Positions 1 to 11,675 of a DNA stretch of 45,349 nt are shown one piece after another. Positions within the stretch are counted from its first letter, which is position 1; each line of letters begins with the position of its first letter. Source of the stretch: Nemertoderma westbladi (lineage: Eukaryota > Animalia > Xenacoelomorpha); the NCBI GenBank assembly GCA_032718475.1, contig JAUCBJ010001157.1, forward strand, positions 1-45,349, given 5' to 3'. Below the pieces are notes generated by a model, which was not told where the DNA came from, did not search any database, and worked only from the letters and a program-made list of their open reading frames with translations. The translations under genes were made by a program, and so were the position numbers.

Positions 1-1790
1 TCGGCACCACATCGGACCCAATCGGTATCACATCGGACCTTATGGGTACCACATCGGACCCAATCGGTACCACATCGGACCCAATCGGTACCACATCGGA
101 CCAAATCGGTACCACATTGGACCAAATCGGTACCACATCGGACCTTATGGGTACCACATCGGACCCAATCGGTACCACATCGGACCCAATCGGTACCACA
201 TCGGTACGACATTGGAACAAATCGGCACCACATCGGACCCAATCGGTACCAAATCGGACCAAATCGGTATCACATCGGACCTTATGGGTACCACATCGGA
301 CCCAATCGGTACCACATCGGACCCAATCGGCACCACATCGGACCCAATCGGTACCAGATCGGTATCACATCGGACCTTATGGGTACCACATCGGACCCAA
401 TCGGTACCACATCGGACCCAATCGGTACCACATCAGTACCACATCGGACCAAATCGGTACCACATTGGACCAAATCGGTACCACATTGGACCAAATCGGT
501 ACCACATCGGACCTTATGGGTACCACATCGGACCCAATCGGTACCACATCGGACCCAATCGGTACCACATCGGTACGACATTGGAACAAATCGGCACCAC
601 ATCGGACCCAATCGGTACCAAATCGGACCAAATCGGTATCACATCGGACCTTATGGGTACCACATCGGACCCAATCGGTACCACATCGGACCCAATCGGT
701 ACCACATCGGACCAAATCGGTACCACATTGGACCAAATCGGTACCACATCGGATCAAATGGGTACCATATCGGACCATATGGGTACCACATCGGACCAAA
801 TGGGTACCACATTGGACCAAATGGGTACCACATCAGACCCAATCGGTACCAATCGGACCAAATCGGTATCACATCGGACCTTATGGGTACCACATCGGAC
901 CCAATCGGTACCAAATCGGACCCAATCGGTAACACATCGGACCAAATCGGTACCACATTGGACCAAATCGGTACCACATCGGACCTTATGGGTACCACAT
1001 CGGACCCAATCGGTACCACATCGGACCCAATCGGTACCACATCGGTACGACATTGGAACAAATCGGCACCACATCGGACCCAATCGGTACCAAATCGGAC
1101 CAAATCGGTATCACATCGGACCTTATGGGTACCACATCGGACCCAATCGGTACCACATCGGACCCAATTGGCACCACATCGGACCCAATCGGTACCAAAT
1201 CGGTATCACATCGGACCTTATGGGTACCACATCGGACCCAATCGGTACCACATCGGACCCAATCGGTACCACATCAGTACCACATCGGACCAAATCGGTA
1301 CCACATTGGACCAAATCGGTACCACATCGGTACCACATTGGACCAAATCGGTACCACATCGGACCTTATGGGTACCACATCGGACCCAATCGGTACCACA
1401 TCGGACCCAATCGGTACCAAATCGGTATCACATCGGACCTTATGGGTACCACATCGGACCCAATCGGTACCACATCGGACCCAATCGGTACCACATCAGT
1501 ACCACATCGGACCAATCGGTACCACATGGACCAATCGGTACCACATGGACCAAATCGGTACCACATTGGACCAAATCGGTACCACATCGGACCTTATGGG
1601 TACCACATCGGACCCAATCGGTACCACATCGGACCCAATCGGTACCACATCGGTACGACATTGGAACAAATCGGCACCACATCGGACCCAATCGGACCAA
1701 ATCGGTATCACATCGGACCTTATGGGTACCGGGCATCGGACCCAATCGGTACCACATCGGACCCAATCGGTACCACATCGGACCACATCG
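1..1790. repeat. 21-bp minisatellite (GGTACCACATCGGACCCAATC)n, made of 11+10-bp subunits; truncated by the window start
   Basis: Tandem array seen directly. Variant units (GACCTTATGG, GGTACGACATTGGAAC) recur in blocks. It explains all GTTSDPI/VPHRTQS/YHIGPNR ORFs. Confidence 0.97.
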
Positions 1791-2297
1791 GGGCCACTGC
1801 AACCTGCTCCTTTCCCTAAATTGAGAATATAACATTGAGGCGGGATATTAATTCGCCAAGATGGGATTTGCGTCCAGTCCCCCCCCCCCCCCCCCCCCCC
1901 CGTTTCAAATTATTTCAAACAATGCATTTGATAACGTTTTCTCTTTCAAACTTCTTGCCTTCCCTTCCGCAGACTGGAGAACTGAAGATTGTCTCTAGTG
2001 CATGTGTTATATATCAGTCAGTCAGTATATAGTACAGTATAGTATAGTATAATTATACAAATACAATAACTGCCAAGCTCATTGTGTATACCTGCAGACG
2101 GGTACAGTACTGTATAAGTAGGGGCAATAGTCTCTGCATTAGATATTGTAGTATCTAGTACCTACTGCAGTGCAGTACCGGTTACCAGCCTGACATGTTG
2201 TCAGAAAGACTAACAATTACTGAATTACTGATACGAGTTTGGTCAGTTGGCTGGTTGGTGCTGGAACTTGTTATTTACATCCTAAATTGCTATTTTA

Positions 2298-2404
2298 TGG
2301 CCGATGTGGCTCCGATGTGGCCCCGATGTGGTCCGATGTGGCCCCGATGTGGTCCGATGTGGTCCGATTTGGTCCGATGTGGTACCGATTGGGTCCGATG
2401 TGGC
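2298..2404 (-). repeat. Short inverted copy of the 21-bp satellite; probable right arm of a foldback element
   Basis: CCGATGTGGTACCGATTGGGTCCGATGTGG is the reverse complement of the 1-1790 unit. Confidence 0.9.
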
Positions 2405-5400
2405 TTTTAGACGGACCCGTATGGCTGTATGGGATGGGAAGGATCTATGTTCACCCAAGATCTAAGTTCGTTGTTCTCGTTCAGGATCTAAGGTGCTCTA
2501 GGATCTAAAGCCGGGGAACTCTTTCCCAATAATCTCTACCGGTATCTGTCTGTGTCTAGCTAGGCCTATCTGCCTATAAAGATGTATACTATACCTGTAT
2601 ACTCACGCAACAACTACCTGTCTGGTCTGCTGGTGTCTGCCTGTAATGTGAATACCGTACCGTAGTTAATACTGTAATAGTACAGTAGTGCAGTACTGCT
2701 ACTACAGTATTTCCCTTTATTGACTATAGACCGTATACAGGTATCCCAGGTTAGAAATGCTTCGGCTAATACGGTACGTGGCTCACGCAAATATTATTGT
2801 GAATTAATATATAATATAATTATATATGGCAGTAGTATTTGTTAATTAACTAAACCCAATCCAAATGGTGTGGTAACAAATAACACCAGACATTAGTGAA
2901 TATGACAATATAATTGTGATTTACCTGTTTAATACAGAAGGAGTAGGCAGGCCTAAGTAAAATGTACAAGTAATAAAAGTGATTTCCCCCCAGCGAAAAC
3001 CCCTTCTGGCAATTGCGCTGAACCGACACACCTTTTGGCTATGGGAGAGTGTTAGCCAATGAGGTGAGCTTATTGAAGAAACAGCCAATTAGAAGCCCAG
3101 AAATACTTCCATAGGCTGAAACGACACCCCAATTGGAAATATGCGTCCGGTCCAGGTGCCTGAATAACGACACTATTCCAGCATTTAAATAAATATATAT
3201 ATAATAATATAAAAAATATATAATTTTTTTCCTTAAATAAATATAAAGTTTTGGTCCTTCGTGAGTGACGTGGGTGTCTGGTTTTTCTCGCCGAAGGTGA
3301 AGTGATAATATGTTTCAACACACAAACCACCAATCGAGCTCACATCATCGATATACAGCACTGACCGATGAAATGTTCGTTAATTTATTTATTATCGAAT
3401 CTCTGTAGCCTTGTACAGTATTAGATAGCACAATAGAAAGTAACATTTACTATATACAGTACATAGGTACTCTCGTACAAGGTTCAGTGAAAATCGGCAT
3501 ACAGTATATCTTCTGGCCTACAGTTACAGTATATTACGGGTCATTGTGTGTTAAGCTTTACGATTAAGATTACAAGGATAAATTATAAAAATTTTCAAAT
3601 TGACTGCCAGGCAAGGCAATTCAGTTTTACCGTACCGATATTTAACAGCCTCGCATTAACAATTACGTTATCCTTCATAAACTTCCCGCTTCATAAATAG
3701 GCCCCAGGTACCCCTCATCGCCCCAAATCCACCCCCTGCATTATTGTTCAATGTAAAAAATACAAATATTTAAAAAATTCATTATATTTCACAAAAATTT
3801 TAAAAAATTCAAAAGTTTCATGGGTAAATTATCCATATCATGAATTTTTTAAACCCTACTTTTGTTCACACAACACTTGCATCAGTCTATGGATAACGCC
3901 GTTGCAGCCAAAGTTTCCCACTAACACTCAAGTTTGTACGTACACACTTAAAGCAGCTACATTAAGTAATGAGACAACATTTATACAGTAGTAGTCCAAC
4001 TATGTCCAACTAACTTTGTATCAACAACTGTGGGACAGTTCAAGGGCAATTCAATTTTTTTTGTTCAGCAACTTTCTCGCATCAATTTAAACATTGAAAC
4101 AAAGTCTTCGTACAGTATTAGTGACTTTGAGCGTTTGAGACCATTTATGGGCGGTAAATTTAAACAAGGTTCAGGGCTTATACAGGTACTATATGCAACG
4201 TGTAATGATTTTGAGTTCATTGTTGGGAGTTAGTGTGTCTTCCCCCCTGCCTCACAGTCAACAACCAAGAAAGATGATGACCTTTTGGGTTGGCTACGAT
4301 GCTTCTTGTAAAGATAACTCGCCGACCCAATTATGTAATGGGTCATTACCGGTTTATTGCTTCATTATAATAAAATTGGTAGAAATTTGTAAGAAAATAT
4401 AGTAAAAAAAATAAATATTTGTCCGATTTTATTACGTAGTATTAAATAATTATTGTGAACGTCACGATAACTCCCAAGGATGTAGATACATCAATATTAC
4501 ACTTTGCTACCTACAGGCTACAGTATCTCCCATATACCTTGCTTAAATTTACCGCCATTATAAATATGACCACAACCGTACACACTACCGGTACTGAACA
4601 TAGATTTTTGTCCATATGTTGATGCTACAAAATTACTGAGTGAGACTGCAATTTGTCTCATAAACGTAGATGAATTGAGTTTGTACCAACTTATGTTAGT
4701 ACCGGAAAATTAGTGGAGGACTTTATCTTCAACGGATTCCTCCAATCGAGTTTCACATTCACTGCCTCGTAGATTTTCCGACATCTATTTTGGGTCCAAC
4801 TTTATCAAATTTTCTGAGTTTGAACAGTTTCGGGGGTTCGTGTTTTGGTATCAATTCGCAGTGGTGAGAAATGTGCTGCGGGTCCCCTTTATATTCGATA
4901 TGATGGTCCTGGACGTCATTCATCTAGATGAAAGGGAATGATCAATATAATAATAAATTTTTTTATTTTTTTATTTTGCATTTTATTATTATTTTGTTTT
5001 TACATTACATATGCTGAGCATGAGATTTTGGCCTATAGAAGACAATAGATACAATAAATTTTGTAAATAAAATCGTTGCCCAGGGAACATGTACTATAAT
5101 GCATATTGTTTCAAAAATAGTTTGTCATTGTTCATAGTTTGGGTTATATGACGTCGTGGTACATATGCCAGGAATAAAATTAATGCTACCGGAACCATGA
5201 AAGCGAACAGAATGAATCCAAGTTTTCTTTCAAAAGTTTTCATCACTTTATTTACCATTACCTACAATTTTATCTAAAGAATATTGGTGGTAGTTTCTTT
5301 ACCTTAGAATTTGTTGACGTCAACAGAAAATATAAATTTTCCACGGCCTTTCTGATACTAATAAGAGATGGAATATGAATTATTTATTTCAGAGTTTACG

Positions 5401-7198
5401 GACGAGCGATATAAATATCCTGCAGACCGGCAGACTACACCAATACATAGCCATCTGTCAAGGCTTTTACGGGAGGCTAACCCACGTTCGCCGCTACGAG
5501 TCTATAACTCTTAATGAGTGTTATCAAGTGCCTTGGGGTACCTGCCGCACAGCAGGAACACTCACGAAAGTATATGTGTATATATATATTATCTAATATA
5601 TGTATCTGAACTGAATGTACAATCAATCACTGTAAGTATATAGCTTCAGTGCTTATAAACTGCTTCAAGGGAGGAAAGTGACAGTTACGTGAAAACCGTT
5701 CCGTTATATTGTGTTGTTGGTAGGACACTAAGTTGGACTTAGTGCAAGGTAAGCGCACAGTTCACTTGTGCTGCATACATAGTGTTAATAGATGATAGTT
5801 ACTAGTTGGGGAATAATATTGCAGTACTATGGACGCACACACTCGCACTAAAATGAACCGAATCTATTACAGACAAGGCGCAGTCAGCACTAACCGTGTG
5901 GAAATCGAGTTGGTTTGATCTCTGGTCTTGTAAATTCATCAACAATGAAGTGAAGATTTTATTTATTCCACATTGGATAAAATTTGTACATACATTAAAA
6001 CAATAAATAAATAAAATCGGATTAAATTATGGCTGTAGCTACTGAAACTTTTAGTCAGGGTTTATTAACAGAACTTGTATAATATGTAAAATACTTTAAG
6101 AGTTGAGAGGCATTGAATCGTCCCCATGGGTTAGTGTGATTGGACGTTCTAAGATCATTAAAAACAGAGCTTGTCTGAGTGGTGAGCTCACCGACTGTGT
6201 AGCATCACAATAATTCATCAACAATAGTAAAGCAATAATATAGTAAATAATGTAATACAGCAAGCTACAATGCATGCAGCAAGCTGAAATATCACGAGTC
6301 CTGCAAGTTACATGACTCGCAACAGGCTTAATATGATTAGGTTATGCCTGGAAATAATGGGATGAACATCGACTATATAAGCAAGCAATACTGCAAAAAT
6401 AGAACAGCCAAAAGGGCATAAGAATACCTTTACCGGTAGTTACCAATGAGAGTTCAGCACTACCATAACTGCTGCTAGGCAACATATAAACAAGGTTCAC
6501 GGTGGTATACAATATGAGTTAGGCATAAATACCATACGCACGGAAATTGAATGATTCTCTGATAAAAAATATAAGATTTCGATATACAGTTAGCGTGTGC
6601 AGCAAAACGATCACTAAGCATCAACATCAACGAACTATACGACTGGAGATCAAAGCGGGTATTTCAAATTGCTTATTATAGTATGTCATATGCCTGTATG
6701 CTATGCCATGATTAGATCAGTACAGCAGTAAGTACCGGTGCTGCTGTACTGCCATGACTGCTGTTTGGCCAGTAGGCTGAGCGACAGATGCAGGGCAGCA
6801 GGGCGAGATTGGAGATTGGGGTGAAATTAACTTCTGCTACACTACAACCAACAACTGCACTTTACTACGTACCGGTACTATTAGGCCTACAGTATTACGA
6901 CTTGACTACTAGTACTAGCTGACTTCCGGTAGTACTGTTACTGCAGTACTGTACGCTGTACGGTACCGTAGAACTACAGGTACTACTACAGTTAGTAGGC
7001 TGAGATGACTGGGGAGTCATTTCAAGAGGGGGTTATCTCAGCCTTGTACACCGGCAGCCAATCATAGTTAGTAAGTAGCAGAAGTAGAGAGGTCATGATC
7101 AGTCAGTACCGGACCGTTACTGCGGTAGCGCACTGCCTAAACGTTGTTATTGAAGATCATGATTTTCAATGATTAATAATAAGGTTTAAAATTTAAGA

Positions 7199-8797
7199 AT
7201 GGATAGCGAAGAATTCGAACCTATGAACATATCAACCAACACATCGACTACCGAACTAACTCTTCTCGACGCTAAAGAACTCATTGATATCCATAGACAC
7301 CGCGATGTTGTTCTCCCGAGCTGCCAGGTCAGTCGCGAGAACATTAACGATGGGTCTGTAAGACAACGAGAATTGGTTGACGATGCCCTGGAAGAACGCA
7401 CGAGACTGCTAGCTAATGAGAGAGTCATAAAACAAGGGAACATAGGCAGTGCCCAGTGGTTACCGGATGCTGGTCGCGTTCAGCTGGATATTAAAAGAGG
7501 TCCGGTTTGGGCCTCGGGGAAGTTTGCTTATTCGTTGGGCGGCCGAGATTATTTAACATTTGAGGAAACTTTGTTTCTTATGGAAACTGGTCAGTTGGAA
7601 CTTTGGTACAACGGCGAACTGCTGTCGTTGCAAGAAGCTTTCGATACTTTTATTCCTGACTTGTTGATTCTCGAGGAATATCAGGTTTATGGTCATTTAA
7701 TGCGTCTCGGATACACTGTTATTCGAGTAAAACAAGCTGCAGTTAACTCAGATATGCCAGTACTAAAAACTACAAAAGAATTACCAGAATGTTATAAAAA
7801 TCATAATGAATCTAGAAATTGGTATAAAACTGAAAGTATGAACAATTCCCAACAGACTATGGCAGAAACTCTTACAATTAGTTTGACTTCATCAACCAAT
7901 AAACGACCTGCCAACTCGCCATTAACTCCACCAGCAAGCCAAGATAAATTAAGTAAACTCGAAGCCCAAAGTCTCCCCTGTGTATCGCTAGGAGGCGGTG
8001 ATTATAGTGAACCCCTGTCTCAGCTAAATCTGGAGTCCCTAATAAACGATGACCTGAAAGGTTCGCAACGAGTGGCTTACACGAGTTGGGATTGGCATAA
8101 AATAAAGTTCCCCGAAATTAAAAAGAACTCGTACAATGCATCAACTAGACTGCATGCTGATAGGGTTAATTTAATACCCGAAGCCATTCGAAATGCAATT
8201 AATTTAGCGACGAACCCCGATGGGGCATCGCAAACAGGTAATAATGATAACCAACAAGTCTCTGATTGCGAACATCTAAGTGGCGTAAATGTAGAAAAGG
8301 AGAGGGAATTAACGGTGGAATCGACTGTAATAAGGAAATGCGCTCGGCAGTCTCAGGCGAAAAATTGGAGCCAATTCAAAGCAGAGTGCGCGGGTTTGGG
8401 ACGGAGAATGGTTGCCATGGAGCGATCGTTACGGACTGGGTGGGTGCAACCACTGCTGGACTCAGGCGATCGGAGTGGATTCCCAGCTGTCTACGACCAG
8501 ATTAAACTCGGAGATGAGATTCATCTGAGCGTCGATCGCAGGAATATTACATCTAGTGATACAATTGCCATTAAATATGAAGTTTATAAACCCAACAGGG
8601 TGTATAAGAAAACAAATCCTGGCAGACCGGATTACAGACTAGCTGTGGTCAGCTGTGCTGAGACAATGCCGGCCTTGGGGCTTATTATGTCTGCCACTAG
8701 GTCAACTAATGGTGTACCAATACTGTGGGCCATTGTCGACCATGGTGATATTATGATATATACGATATCCGATGCCGATATCCCATGCTTAACATAA
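7199..8797 (+). CDS. TSEN54: tRNA-splicing endonuclease subunit Sen54, single-exon CDS, 532 aa
   Basis: N-terminal Sen54 block (YLTFEETLFLMETGQLEL...LSLQEAF...EEYQVYGHLMRLGYTVIR), a low-complexity middle, and a C-terminal block (IKYEVYKPNRVYKKTNPGRPDYRLAV...GVPILWAIVDHGDI). Recognised from family knowledge. Confidence 0.9.
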   Translation: MDSEEFEPMNISTNTSTTELTLLDAKELIDIHRHRDVVLPSCQVSRENINDGSVRQRELVDDALEERTRLLANERVIKQGNIGSAQWLPDAGRVQLDIKRGPVWASGKFAYSLGGRDYLTFEETLFLMETGQLELWYNGELLSLQEAFDTFIPDLLILEEYQVYGHLMRLGYTVIRVKQAAVNSDMPVLKTTKELPECYKNHNESRNWYKTESMNNSQQTMAETLTISLTSSTNKRPANSPLTPPASQDKLSKLEAQSLPCVSLGGGDYSEPLSQLNLESLINDDLKGSQRVAYTSWDWHKIKFPEIKKNSYNASTRLHADRVNLIPEAIRNAINLATNPDGASQTGNNDNQQVSDCEHLSGVNVEKERELTVESTVIRKCARQSQAKNWSQFKAECAGLGRRMVAMERSLRTGWVQPLLDSGDRSGFPAVYDQIKLGDEIHLSVDRRNITSSDTIAIKYEVYKPNRVYKKTNPGRPDYRLAVVSCAETMPALGLIMSATRSTNGVPILWAIVDHGDIMIYTISDADIPCLT

Positions 8798-8971
8798 GAT
8801 CTGTGAGGTAACTGTTTTATTGGGATCTATGTCTGCAAATTCTCCGTTCTCTTATATATTTTATAAATTAACTTTCATCTTAACACTTCATTAGTATTAC
8901 AGCGTATTGTTGTGTTGGGTGTTGCCCATTGTAACTGTAGAGGACCCCATAAAATTACATATATTTTAAAA

Positions 8972-9078
8972 CAATCAAAACATTGAATTCACATCTCTCG
9001 GAGGTATTGGGTTCGATCCCCGCAGCAATCAAAACATTGAATTCACATCTCTCGGAGGTATTGGGTTCGATCCCCGCA
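8972..9078. repeat. Tandem duplication with 54-bp period overlapping a SINE head
   Basis: CAATCAAAACATTGAATTCACATCTCTCGGAGGTATTGGGTTCGATCCCCGCA occurs at 8972 and 9026. Confidence 0.95.
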
Positions 9079-9300
9079 TGGTCCAGGGCAGTATTCGTTT
9101 CTGCACGAATGTTTTAAAGGGACTGCCTAGGGCGTATATCTGCCTTGCATCCTTAAATGGTAGCTAAATGAGTATTGGAGTTTCCTCCGGGGAGTATAGT
9201 TCTGGGGGGACCGCACTGAAAATATGTCGTCAGATTTTGTGTGTAATCCTTGGCCTAACGGCAGAAGAAAATTTACTCCTTACTTTATTTTTTTACTTTA
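9045..9300 (+). mobile_element. 5'-truncated tRNA-derived SINE
   Basis: Pol III B box GGTTCGATCC at about 9064, a GC-richer body, and a TTACTCCTTACTTT simple-repeat tail. No A box or cloverleaf is visible. Confidence 0.55.
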
Positions 9301-9459
9301 ACAATCGTTTCTAACAACATTAAAATTCTGGAATAAATACAACTTGTACATATATAATTCATACATTATTCACCATGTCCTTGAATATAGTGTCATTGTT
9401 CAGCATTCAGGTACTTGAACTCCCCCCCCCCCCCCCCCCCCCTCCCAAATTTTTATACA

Positions 9460-9945
9460 AATCTTAATGAGATTGCATGAAATAAAAAGGTGTCTTCGGT
9501 TATATTTCACCAGTTATACTCCAGTTATTCTTGAACCTTATCGCGATTTGTTGGTACCAATTAATAGTAAGCTGAATGTGCAAGGATTCCTGAAATGTAA
9601 AATCATTTGAAGTTGGTTTGGAAATAGCCGAGATATGGGCATTTGAAAGTTGCATGTATTTACTTCCACTGCAGGCCATTTATTCTATTTAATACATTCA
9701 TCATATTCTGGAACATTTTGTTTATCCCAGACGTAGCTGGGCAACAATGCAATGCTTCTTTAAACAGACTTTAAACATACATGTAGCTATTCATACATAA
9801 ACAAAATGTTCTAGAATATAGTGTTTTTATTTAATAGAATAAAACAGCCCGCGCAGGTGCAAAATCAGGCAACCCTTGAACGCTCATATCTCGGCTATTT
9901 CCCAACCAAATTCAAATGTTTTTACATTTTTGGAATCCTTGCATG
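9460..9945. mobile_element. Non-autonomous DNA element (MITE) with long imperfect inverted repeats; same family as 34165-35230
   Basis: 9580-9695 (CAAGGATTCC...GGAAATAGCCGAGATATG...TATTCTATTTAATA) is inverted at 9825-9943. A homologous copy is at 34.2-35.2 kb, and both follow a poly-C run plus AAATCTTAATGAGATTGC. Confidence 0.75.
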
Positions 9946-10017
9946 GTGGGCTTTCTATTTCTACCAACGATCGATCTATCGAATCTATCACGATAAGGTT
10001 AATGAATAACTAAAACT

Positions 10018-10960
10018 GGTTTACTGTGGAAGGTCACCCATGGTGGTGAACAGGCATTCCTTTGGGAAACAGAGTGGAAGGGTTTAACGTGGAAGATCAC
10101 CCATGGTGGTGAACGGAACAGCCTTTCCTTTGCGAAACAGAGTGGAAGTGTTTACTGTTGAAGATCACCCATGGTGGTGAACCGGCATTCCTTTAGGAAA
10201 CAGAGTGGAAGGGTTTACTGTGGAAGATCACCCATGGTGGTGAACAGGCATTCCTTTAGAAAACTGATTGGAAGGGTTTAACGTGGAAGATCGCCCATGG
10301 TGGTGAACGGAACAGCCATTCCTTTGCGAAACAGAGTGGAAGTGTTTACTGTTGAAGATCACCCATGGTGGTGAACCGGCATTCCTTTAGGAAACAGAGT
10401 GGAAGGGTTTACTGTGGAAGATCACTCATGGTGGTGAACCGGCATTCCTTTAGGAAACAGAGTGGAAGGGTTTACTGTGGAAGATCACCCATGGTGGTGA
10501 ACAGGCATTCCTTTAGAAAACAGATTGGAAGGGTTTAACGTGGAAGATCACCCATGGTGGTGAACGGAACAGGCATTCCTCTGGGAAACAGAGTAGAAGG
10601 GTTTACTGTGGAAGATCACGCATGGTGGTGAACAGGCAATGCTTTGAGAAACAGATTGGAAGGGTTTAACGTGGAAGATCACCCATGGTGGTGAACGGAA
10701 CAGCCATTCCTTTGCGAAACAGAGTGGAAGTGTTTACTGTTGAAGATCACCCATGGTGGTGAAACGGCATTCCTTTAGGAGACAGAGTGGAAGGGTTTAC
10801 TGTGGAAGATGACCCATGGTGGAGAACAGGCATTCCTTTAGGAAACAGTGGAAGGGTTTACTGTGGAAGATCACCCATGGTGGAGAACAGGCATTCCTTT
10901 AGGAAACAGTGGAAGGGTTTACTGTGGAAGATCACCCATGGTGGAGAACAGGCATTCCTT
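10018..10960. repeat. Minisatellite with 63/68-bp units, about 15 copies
   Basis: Unit GGAAGGGTTTACTGTGGAAGATCACCCATGGTGGTGAACAGGCATTCCTTTAGGAAACAGAGT, with a recurring +5-bp variant. Confidence 0.95.
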
Positions 10961-11368
10961 GGCCTAACAAGTCTAAAAGATTCTCCAATTCAAATAGTAT
11001 TATTCGAAGAAATTATTGGAAAGGAAAGAAACAACTTTTGTCACTAATCATACATTCAATGTAAATACAGAAATAATTTCCCAATTAATACGTATGTTAG
11101 TCAAACAGCTTAGCACAATGAACACACTTCCAACCTGGAGGTTACCAGTTCGATCCCACTTGGACGTCAATGTTAATTTTGATACGCTATGCTCATCTAA
11201 ACTATAATAACACAATTCCACTCAATACTCATTCACCCAAAATAGCAATAAATATTAATTAACATTTAATATATCTCATGGACATTGCTTCCATGTCCAC
11301 CGTTCCCCCGGTGACTTTCCCTTTATACTTGTCGAGAATGAAAGTATTACATTCCCTCCCTTTTATTT

Positions 11369-11675
11369 TTACAAATCTAAGAGAGTGAAAGTTGATTCCG
11401 ATAGTATTAAGTAAATGTAGTTGCTATAACACTTCCGGCTGCCAACCTTATCATCAACGTTATTAACCGACTGTATAAGTTTATCATCGACGACCATCTG
11501 TCGCCCAGCTGCCGAACTCAACTCCGCCCCCTCTTCCAGCCCACGTATCGCCCCAGAAAGTCGTTTATTCCTCTGTTCTCCTCCGATGTCGATGTCACGT
11601 GATGTGTACCACTCCTTCCCGTATCCACCAGATATTAATTTGCTCATATTAACTTGATCTCTTATCTTCTTCGCC
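11369..11675 (-). CDS. C7orf57: C7orf57-like 3' exon; may splice out at 11447 rather than run to the stop at 11369
   Basis: Acceptor CCTTACGCAG; encodes AKKIRDQVNMSKLISGGYGKEW. Possible donor AAG|GTTGGC. Confidence 0.75.

Noticed and set aside
42-1835. Long overlapping ORFs up to 535 aa
   Set aside because: They are products of a stop-free 21-bp satellite, open in several frames on both strands.
2980-3305. Weak inverted repeats and CCAAT boxes
   Set aside because: Too degenerate to call either a MITE or a promoter.
5505-5575. Possible Penelope-type hammerhead (GAGTGTT...AACACTC then CGAAA)
   Set aside because: The CUGANGA core is missing and I could not build stems I and III.
6055-6250. 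Possible LINE 3' UTR remnant on the - strand (AGACAAGC word; similar on + at about 40535)
   Set aside because: No adjacent ORF2 motifs were recognised, so support is too weak.
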